Assembly (NCBI GenBank): GCA_030390025.1 | Contig: CM059425.1 | Span: forward strand, 166,286,001-166,350,000 | Origin: Squalus acanthias | Taxonomy: Eukaryota | Reading direction: 5' to 3' | DNA length: 64,000 nt | In this document: positions 38,190 to 50,949 of the stretch, one piece after another | Numbering within the stretch: the stretch's first letter is position 1 | Layout: every line of letters begins with the position of its first letter | Notes under the pieces: generated by a model | The model's database searches: none | Told to the model about the DNA's origin: nothing | Seen by the model: only the letters and a program-made list of their open reading frames with translations | Position numbers and translations under genes: made by a program

Positions 38190-39138
38190 TCAGATGCTGA
38201 GAAGCTGTTTCCTCTGGCTGGAGAGTCTAGAACTAGGGGTCATAGTCTAAGGATAAGGGGTCAGCCATTTAGGACTGAGATGAGGAGAAATCTCTTCACT
38301 CAGAGGGTTGTGAATCTTTGGAATTCTGTACTTCTGAGGGCTGTGGATGCTCAATCGTTGAGTATATTCAAGACTGAGATCGATAGATTTTTGGCACTAA
38401 GGGAATCGAGGGATTTGGGGATAGGGTGGGAAAGTGGAGTTGAAGTAAATGTTCAGCGATGATCTTGTTGAATGGCGGAGCAGGCTCGACGGGCCGTATA
38501 GCCTACTCCTGCTCCTATTTCTTATGTTCTTACATTCTTAAAAGCAAGGAAGTTATGCTAAACCTTTATAAATTACTGATTATGCTCCAGCTGGATTATT
38601 GCGACACTTATGGGCATCACACTTTAGGAAGGATGTCTAGGCCTCAGAGAGGGTGCAGAGGAGATTTACTAGACTGGTACCAGGGATGAAAGACTTCAGT
38701 TATGTGGAAAGACTTGTGAAGCTAGGGTTGTTCTTACAGCAGAGAAGGTTAAGAGGAGATTTAATAAAGGTGTTCAAAATCATGAAGGGTTTTGATAGAG
38801 TAAATAAGGAGAAACTGTTTTCAGTGGCAGAAGGGTTGGTAACCAGACGACACAGATTTAAAGTAATTGGCAAAAGAACCAGAGGCAAGATGAGGAGAAA
38901 TTTTTTTACGCAGCGAGTTGTTACGATCTGGAATGCATTGCCTGAAAGGGTGGTGGAGCAAACTTATTGATAACTTTCAAAAGGGAATTGGATAAATGTT
39001 TGAAGGGGAAAAATTTGCAGGGCTATGGGGAAAGGGCAAGGGAATGGGACTAATTGGATAGCTCTTTCAAAGAGCTGGCACAAGCACAATGGGCTGAATA
39101 GCCTCCTTCTGTGCTGTGTCATTCTGTGATTCTATGAT
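38190..39138 (+). mobile_element. Two further head-to-tail CR1 3' fragments (38190-38530 and 38530-39138)
   Basis: Each has RTRGH/TRRH...FTQRVV..WN and its own 8-bp tail. Confidence 0.88.
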
Positions 39139-40230
39139 CTGAGTCATCTGCAGCAGAGGTAGTAAGTGATCGTGCCCTCAGGCAAGCTGACACCTTTAGC
39201 ATCCTATCCCTGTGCCCTAGCTCATATACACCTGTGGCCGATGATTCAACATTTGAAGACACCTCCTCTAGCCTAGCCTCTAAAGTACCCGTGCTGCTAA
39301 TAGATGTGCTGGTGCTTGCGAGGGTGAGATTGAGTAGCATTGCATCTTCAGGAAGGCTGGTTTGCTCTTCTTGAAAGGGCAAGTAACTCCACATTTTCAA
39401 CACCTGAAATTAAAGAAGGACCAGGGTTAGCTTTTAGTGTAAAAGGAGAGCAGAGAGAGCATCTTCAGTTTGTCATGCAGACTGTGTGGGGTGAGTTAGA
39501 AGCAAGAAGAGAAAAAGAGGATACGATGTGAAGAAACCCTGCACAACGTCTCCTCCAGCATTGCCAGTTGCCATGCCCATGACTCTGCCCCTGCCCGTGA
39601 TGGTCAGCATGTTTTCATTAAGGGGAAGATGGTGTGCAATCAGGCTCAGCCTTCTCTAGTGGTAGCTTCCTATCTCAAGTTGTCCGTGATCATATCCTGC
39701 AAGAAAGAAGGGAGTGTGTTTGTGACAGTTTTGTGAGGTGTTGAGAGAATGTGCCTGTCATGGTAGAATATCTGGCATGCAATGTGTAAGATGTGAGGTG
39801 TGGGGAAGTGAGGGTTACAATAGTGAGTGTGTGAGTAGGATGAGAAGGAGATGTAGTGATACAGTGATTGTAGGAGTGAAGGGAAGTGGGGCAAAGGAGT
39901 ATTGTACGTATTTTGAGTAGCGTCCCCTGCAGCTACAGAGCACCTTGGTGCCCTCAGTGCTTTCTACAGCGATTTCTCTCCTTCCCAGTATTTCCCTGGT
40001 GTTTGCAGCAAGAGTGCTCCTCCCCTTTAAGAGATGTTGGCTGCTTTTAAGTGGCATCAGAGATGCCCGATATCCAGTTCCCCAAACAGACGTGTAGCCA
40101 ATCAATAGTGGGTAACGCTGGCTGCGTGCCTGAGTCATGATAATGAGCAGGCAGCTCGAATATTACGTTGCTGCCTGGGGCAACACTAACAGCCACGTCC
40201 CGAAAAATTGGCGCAATCGAATTTCTAGGC
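39139..40230 (-). mobile_element. Decayed Harbinger remnant (Myb-gene side plus terminus)
   Basis: Antisense similarity to 59000-59600; terminus ...GAATTTCTAGGCC resembles the MITE TIR. Confidence 0.55.
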
Positions 40231-40400
40231 CATGATGTAACTGTTTCATTTGGCAAATAAAGTATCAAACACTTGCTTGATGCCTCGGTGAACTGCAGAC
40301 TCACAGGATGCTGCCTGGAAAGAGCCCGAGGCTAAATTTTCAAGGTTGCTAAAGTTTGCACTCTCCCTTTTAGGGGGATGGGGGGTGACAAGCTTCTTAC

Positions 40401-40422
40401 ACTTGCTGGAAATGTGCACCAT
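40401..40422 (-). CDS. 22-nt exon of the host gene (DGAHFQQV)
   Basis: Acceptor ...tctctgcccctgtttgcag, donor AGT|gtaaga; phase 1 to 2. Confidence 0.6.
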
Positions 40423-40562
40423 CTGCAAACAGGGGCAGAGATCCAGCTTAATAGTCTCAGACCGCCTCTTCCAAGTCGTTATTCTCTGTGAACTGGCACA
40501 TGTGGGGAGCTAATGACGGGAATATCGGCCTCTTTCCAGGCTCATGCATGAGGAGTAGTCAC

Positions 40563-40677
40563 CTGGATGAGGTACTGGAGGGCTTATAGTGCCTTGGAAA
40601 TGTATCCCAGCATGAGTGACTGCCTTTCGGAGAGTGGAGAAAATTAGACCATTATAGAATTGCTCGTGAGCTGTCAG
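40563..40677 (-). CDS. 115-nt exon of the host gene (LTAHEQFYNGLIFSTLRKAVTHAGIHFQGTISPPVPHP)
   Basis: Acceptor ...tttatttattttatgcag, donor CAG|gtgact; only the phase-0 frame is open; ends in phase 1, matching the next exon. Confidence 0.65.
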
Positions 40678-41277
40678 CTGCATAAAATAAATAAATCTGT
40701 CCTTTGTACATTCAGTGTCACCCACTAGTATTTCCTGATGTGAAGGGAGGCTGCGAAGGAGTAATTATTTACTGAAATGAAAACACTGTTCAAAAAGTAA
40801 TTACTTCTTCTCAATCTCAGTCTATATCAGAAAACACATATTGGATGGTTTCAAGTTCACAGAGAGCAGAATATTTGTTTCTGCAACTGTGCACTTGCAA
40901 CATTAGGGATAAATTCCTCATTACTAAGATGTCAGAGAAACTGATTGTTCTTAGTGGATTGCTGTGCTTTAGACTTTCTGTAACATCTCTATGCAAAGGA
41001 TATTTTGGGGGGTGCGGGGGTGGGGGGTAAAGTTCTTGACTCCCCAGCCTTGGGATGCTTCAGAGAAAGACTTTGTTGGGGGAGGAGGGAAGAGAGAGAT
41101 AGGCTATGCGACAGAGGGGAGTGGGAGTGAAGAGAAAAACGTTATTACCAGAGCCTGGGGAAATGCAATTATATTTTTAATGTTTTTCTTTCCTCAGAGC
41201 CATCAAAGCTGACGATTCAGTCCCTGTACAGTACTGCCCAGGTGCTGTGTACACCTGCACAGGAATGAACCGACCTC

Positions 41278-42003
41278 CAGGTGAAACAGCGATTTACTTG
41301 TACTTCTTGCAATTTAGTATACTGTATTCGCTACTCACGATGCGGTTTCCTCTACATTGGGGAGACGAAACGCAGATTGGGTGACCGCTTTGCAGAACAC
41401 CTCCGTTCAGTCCGCAAGCGTGACCCTGAGCTTCCAGTCGCCTGTCATTTTAATTCTCCACTCCACTCCCACTCTGACCTCTCCATCCTCGGCCTCCTAC
41501 ACTGTTCCAATGAAACTCAACGTAAGCTCGAGGAACAGCACCTCATCTGTTGATTAGGCACTTTACAGCCTTCTAGACTCAACATCGAGTTCAACAATTT
41601 CAGATCATAACCTCTGTCCCTATTTTTTCGGGCAGCAGCTGTTGATGATTCTGATATTCCCATTTACTCCTCCTCTGGACCCATCTTTTGTTTCTTTACT
41701 TGCACCATTACCATCCCCCTTTGATTTGCACCATCATCCCTTTTGTCTTTTAATGTCACCTGCCTTCCACCCTATCACAGACCTTCCCTTTTGTTCTTTC
41801 CTCCCCTCCTCTCTTTCCCTGTTTCTGTACTTGCTTGAAACCTGCTACATCTCTAACTTTTTCCAGTTCTGGCGAAAGGTCATCGACCTGAAACGTTAAC
41901 TCTGTTTCTCTCTCCATAGATGCTGCCTGACCTGCTGAGTATTTCCAGCATTTTCTGTTTTTATTTCAGATTTCCAGTGTCCGCTGTATTTTGCTTTTGT
42001 ATC
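41278..42003 (+). mobile_element. 5'-truncated Penelope-like element (GIY-YIG end plus 3' repeat)
   Basis: FTCTSCNLVYCI...LYIGETKRRLGDRFAEH; TSD AATGAAC(C/T)GACCTC at 41264-41277 and 42004-42017. Confidence 0.92.
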
Positions 42004-43317
42004 AATGAACTGACCTCACTGGAAATCGGAAGGCCAGCTCAACTGAATACTTTTCTGATGCTTTGGGTACATCGTTCCTGATGGCCAGGAGTGCCAGGAA
42101 GTCAAGGGCTGCTGGCTGACCATAGATCACAGCTCAGGCTCTCCAGCCACATTATTGAGGATTCCCCTATTTAATTTATTTTTTCAGGGCGTTGATGAGC
42201 CTTTTGCACAGGTTGTGCGCAGCCTCCTAGCGCCTTTCACGTTAGTTGACCACAATTATGTATACTGGGTGCCTTGGGCACGTTGCAAGCCTCAGGTATT
42301 GCCTTTGGATTATTGGCCCCTTCATGCCTACCAGTCATGGGGATAGGTGTATAGATGCCAGAACCAGATGTGAGGGGCCACAGGCAGAAGATTCAGAGTC
42401 TGTCCTTCTCACCTGGATGTCACCAACAACACAGGAGAAGCACTTGCAACTGCTGTGCAGTACCAACATGGAATTGCTGGAGAAAGAGGGCCCTCAGCTT
42501 TCTTAGGGTGAAGACACGAGAGATTGAGGATGCTGAAGTAGCTGCAGGTGGGACTCAGCTGCCAGCTGCCAGAGTTGTCGGTCAAGATCTGATGCAGGAG
42601 TTTTTCACAGAATGATGCCTTAGTCCCCTTGCATGAACAATCCTCCCAACACTTTCACCAGTCTCTGAAAAATAGAGCTGGTGCTTGGCAGGATCAGAAT
42701 GAGGGATAAGGGTTAGAATGTAGCTGTGATGGCAACTGCATCACAGCTCACTAGCTGCACAATGAGAGACAAGGAATTGAATTTTGCTTTCTGATTTGGT
42801 TGCAGTGAGTGAGACAATGACTGAATGAATGGCTGAACTCGTCTTCCTTATCTAAATCATTGTCGTGCTTTGGGAACCTGCAAAGGAATTCTCATCCTCA
42901 TCTCTTAGCATGCTGCTATTTAAATGACAAATGTGACCTAGAGTTATGAAAAAAAAATAATTGCAAAACAACCTTAAAAAAGGTGCAAAAGTGGCAGTCA
43001 ACCTAATAATACCAACTAATGCTGGAAGCAAAATGCAGGAAAATTTAATTGGAATTGAAGTAAAAAAACACACGCTTTTAACAGAAACCCAAATAATAAT
43101 CTGCCTTTAAGAGGTTCACTTGATCAGGTTGGGCCCCAGAGCTCCCTGTGTGTTCATTTAATATGGGTGAAGTGTGTCCTGTGGGTGGAGCCTCAAGCAA
43201 AGTCCTGAAATTCGGTATGGGACCTAATTTTAATAAACATACAGGCCTCAAATTTACTAGCCATTTACAGAGTATCTGTGATGTTGAAATGACGCAACGG
43301 CATTTTCTGGGCACCAA

Positions 43318-46300
43318 GGGGGTGAAATTCGAATAAGCTCAAAAATGGGCATGGGGGGCACGGGGAGCGCGAAATGCAATCTACCCGTTCAAAGTGGTGC
43401 AGGCAGCACATGAAATTGTGCTGCCTGCTCATTATAACGATTGGAGCGCTGAGTTCAGCGCTAAATGCGCTGCTGGTTGGCTTAGCACTCGAGGGGGGCC
43501 AATATCGGTTGCAGTCTACTGGCCAATAAAATTTTGCCTGCGCTCTCTCCACTACTTAAAGGGGAGGTGCTTTGTTCATTGTTACTCTGAAGCCATAGCC
43601 CAACAGGGAAGAGAGCGGGCACGGAGGTTCTCAGATGCAGCACTGGAGGCCTTGGTCCTGCGGTACGCAGAAAATGACAGGTCCTCTACCCACAGAGGGG
43701 GCAGGAGGTCTTCCAGGCAGTACGCCAGAAGGCAGTGGGAGGAGATTGCATAAGCCGTCAATGCCATGTGTGTTGCCCCCAGGACCTGGATCAGTGCCGC
43801 AAGAAGTTTAATGATCTCACACAAGTGGTCAAGGTGAATGAATGCATCTTCAAATGCCATATCCCACCAACTGCACCGCTAGCCTCACACACTGCTCAAT
43901 GCACCACACCCCCATCACTCACCTACCAACAATCTCTAGCAATCACGACTCATACCTCACAATCATAGCTTCACCTCACCCTCACACACTTACCACTGCT
44001 GCAAGCCTCACACCCACATCTTACTATTCAACCACGACAGGCACATCAACCAAACACATTACACCACACTCACTGACACACTTCTCTTTCTCTGGTTGTG
44101 ATGGGCGATGTCACAGCTTCCATTACAGCACAAGCATTAGTGACCCAACGTCTGAGTGCTGCACTGGAAGCTCAGACTGCTCTCAGGCAGGCTCCGTTTT
44201 CTGCCACGCAAACTCAGACTGATGTCGTCATGGCTGGGTTTACGAGTGTGGAAAGGGGCTTGCACGATCTCACAGCAGTCAAGCGATTTCTGTGCTCCAA
44301 CAGATTGCTAGGAATGCTGAGGCGCTATCCCAGGGGAGTGGCAGTGGCCCCATGGAGCACGAACTGCTGTCCTCTCTTAGGAGGACAGCATTCATCCTCC
44401 CACCACTGCCACTCTGCCAGTGCCCTTGCTGCTACCTGTCAGCCAGCCAGCCCGGACTGCTGCTGTCAATGCCGAGGTGGTGCAGTCTACAGCCAGGCCT
44501 TCCAGGCCCAGAGCTGCTCGAGGTCGTCCTGCAAGGCCATCTACAGTCTCCTCCATGGAAAGTCAGCAGCCTTCCACCAGCCATGCTGCAGCCACTGGGG
44601 TAGCACTGTGTAGAAGCACTAGAGTAGGCAAAGGAATACGAAAGACGGACACTAAGGGAATGCACAAGGGTGATCAGTTGACGTTGTTATGTAGTTTTGC
44701 ATTGATTAATTTATTAATGATGTTTGGAATGTTTGTTTTGTGGTGGCTCTCATTTCAGCTTTGTACCCAAGAGGACACTGTGATGGTCCGTGACAGATGG
44801 ATGGTAAGGTGAGGAAGTGGTGAGCAACAGGGATCTGGGGTTTCATTCAGGGGAACTGGATTCTGATGAGACGCTCACGGATAGCCCGGCTGGAACAGGG
44901 ATCTGCTGCCTGCCTCCTCCCTTCCTCCTCCTCCTCCTGAGGTGGTCACGGAACCTATGGAGGAAAGGGCTGGACCCTCATGATGGCCAAGTTGTGGAAG
45001 ATGCAGCAGACCACCATGAAATGGGACACCCTCTCCGGTGTGTGTACTGGAGGGCTCCTCCCGAACGGCAAGGCAGCGGAACCGTTGCTTTAGCACCCTG
45101 ATGGTCTGCTTGATGAGGTTCCTCATGGCAGTATGGCTCTCATTATATGATTGCTGGCCATGAGTGGTGGGATTGCGGAGGGAAGTCATCAGCCAGGTGT
45201 AGAATGGATAGCCCTTGTCTCCGAGCAGCTGCCCACAGGGTTCAACGTGGTGGCTGGAAGATTGCTGGCATATTGGACTGGCACAGGATCAAGGCACCAT
45301 GACTGCTGCCAGGATACCGGGTATTCGCCATCATGATGTGCTGGGTATGGTCACACACCAACTGCACATTAAGTGAATGGTAGCCTTTGCGGTTGCGGTA
45401 CATCTCAGGATTGATGTGCGGCGCCCGCAAAGCCACGTGCGTGCAGTCGATGGCGCCCTGCACCATGGGGAAGCCCGATACCCTGGCAAAGCCACATGCA
45501 TACAAACTGGGAAGTGTTACCTATGTCTCCTGATCCAGACTGGAAGGATCCGTTGGCGAAAATATTGAGGGCTACGGTGACCTTGAGGGCCACTGGGAGA
45601 GGCGTCGTCGCCCTGGTCTGAGGCTGCAGATCTGGTTGTAGGAGGTGACAGAGTTCTGTGACCACCTCCTTGGTGAACTGGAGCCTCCTAATACACTGCT
45701 CCTGGATTAAGTGCAGGTAGGAGGAGTGATCTCGGAAGACCGTAGGTGGGTAAGGCCTCCTGCTGAGAGCCTTCCTGCCCCTCTTCCTCCTCCCTCTGCG
45801 AGCAGCTTGTCCTCTTCTTTGCTGTCTCCTCTCCATCTCCCTGTCGTACTCGAGCACGAGGGGGACTGTAAGTAGAGCCCCCATGACTGGGAGCAAGTGG
45901 TCTGAGCAGAACCCTTTAAATGAGAAGCAAGGCCTTCTCCACTTGCAGCAACACTCCCTGTCACCTCAGCAACTTTAAATAACTTTAGAAAGCTCCAAAC
46001 AGTTGCACAAACTTACACAAAGCCAGTAGAAATCAAAAAGCCAAGTCACCTGCAAGTTGTTTATGATTCCTTTAAATACCACTGGTGGAGGGTCCCTCGT
46101 GCAGTGTGTTTTGGAGAGGGCGTTGAATGGAGCGGTGAAGTCGAAAATGGTAGGTCGTGTGTCAAATCACGTTGCACACTGATTGACATCACAATTTGCC
46201 TCATTACCATTTTTCTAGCGAGCGCAGGCAACGGCTGCGCTGCCGACCTGCCCAAAATGCTGGCTGCCGCAGGACGAGCCAGAAGTGGTTGGAAGTGAGG

Positions 46301-46364
46301 CGGCCGCCTTTTTTTGTAGAAACCGGCCATAACAGTTGGCGCTAAAGTGCCGAAATTCGCAGCC
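43318..46364. mobile_element. Harbinger DNA transposon: convergent Myb/SANT gene (+) and DDE transposase (-), both disrupted
   Basis: RERARRFSDAALEALV...RKKFNDL (43595-43830); transposase GAIDCTHV, NRKGYHSLNVQLVCD, YPGSSH (44830-45890); imperfect TIRs. Confidence 0.92.
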
Positions 46365-46734
46365 TGAATTGGAACGGAGCACATTTATGTTGGATTTCCA
46401 TTTTGTATTTCAGTGGCATAATTTCCAGTCAGATTGGGGCCTCCTTGTAATCTGACTGACCCTTCATGACCCTTCATTATGATATATTGAAATGAGTGGG
46501 GATAGTGCAGGTAAAAATTCTGATTTCTTTTCCCAATGGAGCATGGGTAAGTAGCCACAAAGTAAATGAGGCGTACTTGTTGCTAGCATCAGCTCATACG
46601 GGCAAAAGTGCTTCCAGTTTGCAGCCTGCAGAAGTTGTTACTAGTGATTTCTGCTTATGCAAGTGCTGATTTAGGAAACTTTTTTTTTAAATTCTCATAT
46701 ACAGAAGTGGGCTTGCATCTGACAGAATGAAGGC

Positions 46735-47684
46735 TGTAAGGGTTTTTTTGTCTCGGGCTTATTTGTAGGTCAGCCAGTTATGTTTTCCTGAGCTGTCCTG
46801 CCTGCTGTGTGGTTGCGAATCGCTATCCCCTTCCTAATTCTGAGCCCAGGACTTATCGAGCGGCGATAAGGACAAACGAACAGACCCGTGGATTGGTGCG
46901 AGGAAAACCAATGTTTATTTACAGAAGTAAAACTACAGAGAAACAGTATCATATGAAGACGGTTTTACACTTAACATGGGAGGAGAACGGACACATCGAG
47001 GGAAAATCCTAAAATTACAATTTTAGCAATATCCCCATTAATTCCCACCTTTACGCCTAACTAAAATTGTCTTGCGACAGCCAGAAGAAGATAATGCTCA
47101 CCGGTGAAATGGATGGAAAAACCTGGCCCTGTACTTTGTTTCTGCCGTCGAAATGTGGCTATGAAGTTTCTGGTCATCTTCTTTCTGGGCTGCTGGCAGA
47201 CAGACAGAGTGAACCGGGATCCAGGCAGAGAGAGAGAGAGAGAGGCTGGGTCTTCCCAGTTATACCCTCGCGGTCGTCCTAATCTCCCTTCAGATCAGCT
47301 CATTTCTATTGTCTGATCTGGGCATGATGAATTTTAACAAAAGGTACTGATCTTGGCCCATCATGTTAGATGGCCGGTAATTGTATCATACCAGTTCTTC
47401 AACTGCCCCCATTTGTCCGACAGGTTCGTTGATGGGGGTCAGCCCAGTCTCAATGATTATTTGAGCAAACACCTTGAAAGCCTTATGCGTAGACCTGATT
47501 GGGGTGTCCCCATTGCATTGGAATCACAAGCTGATAGTTTGCCAGCGTCTGAGAAGCTCGTGGTCACAAGGTCTGACTGCAGCCATGCCCTGGATTTTAA
47601 AACTCAGTCAGACCAGGGTTCCTTATTAATAAGTCCAACAAAAATCTTCGGGCGGGGACACATGAAATTTTGCGAATCCTTTCA
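46735..47684 (-). mobile_element. Candidate 950-bp solo LTR
   Basis: Ends TGTAAGG...CCTTTCA; flanks GGC/GGC; minus-strand AATAAA at 46914-46919; no coding similarity. Confidence 0.6.
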
Positions 47685-47756
47685 GGCCTGTCAGGCCAAT
47701 TGGAGATTTACACCCCCACTACAAATTAAGAGGTTCTGATACAGCAACCTGAGATT

Positions 47757-50700
47757 CAATGAATGGAAGCATAACATTACAAAGAGATATTGATAGATTA
47801 ATTGAATGGACAAAACTGTGGCAAATGGATTTCAATATAGGCAAGTGTGAGGTCATCCAGTTTGGGCCAAAAAAGGATAGATCAGAGTACTTTCTAAATG
47901 GTGGAAGGCTAGAAGCAGTGGAGGTCCAAAGAGACTTGGGGGTTCATGAACATCAATCATTAAAATGTCATGAAATAAAAACAGAAAATGCTGGAAATAC
48001 TCAACAGGTCAGGCAGCATCTGCAGAGAGAGAAACAGAGTTTCAGGTCGATGACCCTTTGTCAGAACTGGAAAAAGTTGGAGATGTAACAGGTTTTTAAG
48101 CAAGTGTAGATGCAAGGAGAGGGGAGGAAAGAACAAAAGGGAAGGTCTGTGATAGGATGGAAGGCAGGAGAGATTAAGAGACAAAAGGGATGATGGTGCA
48201 AGGCAAAATGAGATGGTAATGGGGCAAGTTAAGAAACAAAAGATGACTCTAGATGAGGTGTGAATGGCAATGGCAGGATGATCGACAGCTGTCACGTGAG
48301 AGAGAGAAAAAAAATGATAGGGGCAGAGGTTATGGTCTGAAATTGTTGAACTTGATGTTGAGTCCAGAAGGCTGTAAAGTGCCTAATCGAAAGATGAGGT
48401 ACTGTTCCTCGAGTTTACGTTGAGCTTCATTGGAACAGTGTAAGAGGCCAAGGCCAGAGAGGTCAGAGTGGGAGTGGAGCGGAGAATTAAAGTGACAGGC
48501 AACCAGAAGCTTGGGGTCACCCTTACGGACTGAATGGAGGTGTTCCGCAAAGCGGTCACCCAATCCGCGCTTGGTCTACCCAATGTTGAGGAAACCGCAT
48601 CGTGAGCAGCGAATACAGTATACTAAATTACAAGAAGTACAAGTAAATCGCTGTTTCACCTGGAAGGAGTGTTTGGGGCCCTGGAGAGTGGGAAGGGAGG
48701 AGGTGAAAGGGCAGGTGTTGCATCTCCTGCGCTTGCACGGGAAGGTGCCGGGTGAAGGGGAAGGGGTGTTGGAGGTGATAGAGGAGTGGACCAGGGTGTC
48801 GCGGAGGGAGCGGTCCCTTCGGAATGCTGAAAGGGGAGGTGAGGCCAAGATGTGTTCAGTGGTGGGTTCACGCTGGAGGTGGCGGAAATGGCAGAGGATG
48901 ATCTGTTGAATGTGGAGGCTGGTGGGGTGAAAGGTGAGGACAAGGGGAACCCTATCGTGGTTCTGGGAGGGGAAGGAGTGAGAGCAGAAGTGCGCGAAAT
49001 AGAACGGACACGGTCAAGGGCTGTGACCACCACGGTAGAGGGGATCCTCGGTTGAGGAAAAAGAAAGACATGTCGGAAGCACTAGTATGGAAGGTGGCAT
49101 CGTCAGAGCAGATGCAGCGGAGACGGAGAAACTGGGAGAATGGAATAGAGTCCTTACAGGAAGCGGGTGGGAGGAAGTGTAGTCCAGGTAGCTGTGGGAG
49201 TCAGTGGGCTTATAGTGAATGTTTGTCAATAGCCTATCCCCAGAGATGGAGACAGAGAAGTCGAGGAAGGGAAGGGAAGAGTCAGAGATGGACCATGTGA
49301 AGGTGAGGGAAGGGTGGAAATTGGAAGCAAAGTGAATGAAATTTTCTAGTTCAGGGCGAGATCAGGAAACGGCACCGATACAGTCATCAATGTACCGGGA
49401 AAAGAGGTGAGGGAGGGGACCTGAGTCGGACTGGAACAAAGAATGTTTCACATATCCCACGAAAAGGCAGGCATAGTTAGGACTCATGCGGGTTCCCATA
49501 GCAACACCTTTAATTTGGAGGAAGTGAGTGGAGTCAAAGGAGAAGTTGTTCAATGTGAGAACAAGTTCAGCCAGGCGGAGGAGGGTGGTGGCTGGGCCTC
49601 TGTTCAAGGAAGAAGCGGAGCGCCCTCAGGCCATCCTGGTGGGGAATGGAGGTGTAGAGGGATTGGACGTCCATAGTGAAAAGGAGACGGTTGGGGCCAG
49701 GAAAGTGGAAACTGTTAAAGTGGCGGAGGGCATCGGAAGAGTCGCGGATGTAGGTGGGAAGAGAAAAATAGAGTCGAGATAGGAGGAAATCAGTTCCGTG
49801 GGGCAAGAACAGGCTGAAATGATGGGTCTACCAGGGCAGTCCTGTTTGTGGATCTTGGGAAGGAGGTAGAAGTGGGCTGTGCGGGGTTGGGGAACTATGA
49901 AGATGCCGGCCGTGGAGGGAAGATCTCCAGAGAAGATGAGGTCAGTGACAGTCTTGGAAACAATGGCTTGGTGTTCGGTAGTGGGGTCATAGTCCAGGGA
50001 GAGGTAGGAGGAGGTGTCAGAGAGTTGGCATTCAGCCGCCGCTAGGTAGAGGTCGGTTTGCCAAACAACAACAGCGCTGCCCTTGTCAGCAGGTTTAATG
50101 ACAACGTTGGGGTTGGATCTGAGAGAATGGAGTGCTGCAAGTTCAGATGGAGGTAGGTTGGAGTGGGTGAGGGGAACAGAGAAATTGAGACGGCCGATGT
50201 CACGCCGGCAGTTTGCAATGAAAAGATCTAGAGAGTTTAAGAGGCCAGAGGGAGGGGTCCAGGTAGAACGTCATGAACAGGTACAAAAATTAATCAGAAA
50301 GGCTAATGGAGTGCTGGCTTTTATATCTAGAGGACTAGAATACAAGGGGGTAGAAGTCATGCTACAGATCTACAAAGCCCTGGTTAGACCACACCTGGAG
50401 TACTGTGTTCAGTTCTGGGCACCACACCTTAGGAAGGATACATTGGCATTGGAGGGAGTGCAGTGTAGATTTACTAGGATGTTACCTGGACTCTAAGGGT
50501 TAAATTATGAGGAGAGATTACAGAAACTAGGGTTGTATTCCCTGGAATTTAGAAGATTAAGAGGTGATTTGATCAAAGTTTTCAAGACATTAAGGGGAAC
50601 AGATAGGATTGATAGAGATAAACTATTTCCGCTGGTTGGGGAACTTAGGACTAGAGAATAGAGCCAGGCCTTTCAGGAGTGAAGTTAGGAAACACTTCTA

Positions 50701-50930
50701 CACGCAAAGGCTGGTAGAAATTTGGAACTCTCTTCCGCAAACATCAGTTGATGCTGGGTCAATTGTTAATTTTGAATCTGAGATTGATAGATTTCTGTTA
50801 ACCAAAGGTATTAATGGATATGGGGCAAAGGCGGGTAAATGGAATTGGGTCACAGATCAGCCATGATCTCATTGAATGGCGGAGCAGGCTCAAGGGGCTA
50901 AATGGCCTACTCCTGTTCCTATGTTCCTAA
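47757..50930 (+). mobile_element. 5'-truncated CR1 interrupted by a Penelope element
   Basis: LQRDIDRL...KCEVI (47759), resumes LIRKANGVLAFISRG (50290); (GTTCCTAT)n tail. Confidence 0.9.
47975..50269 (-). mobile_element. Penelope-like element (RT plus GIY-YIG), 5'-truncated and disrupted
   Basis: MDVQSLYTSIPH, GVAMGTRMSPNYA, RYIDD, VYCIRCSRC; TSD GTCATGAA at 47967-47974 and 50270-50277. Confidence 0.93.
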
Positions 50931-50949
50931 TGGCCATTCCTTTGATCAG

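Noticed and set aside
45242..45896. Host HARBI1 gene
   Set aside because: Frameshifted, multi-copy within the window, and flanked by TIRs and a Myb partner, so it is a transposon copy.
46574..46625. Possible extra minus-strand exon after ...cttctgcag
   Set aside because: It lies inside a probable MITE, the donor is ambiguous, and it is not needed for frame continuity.
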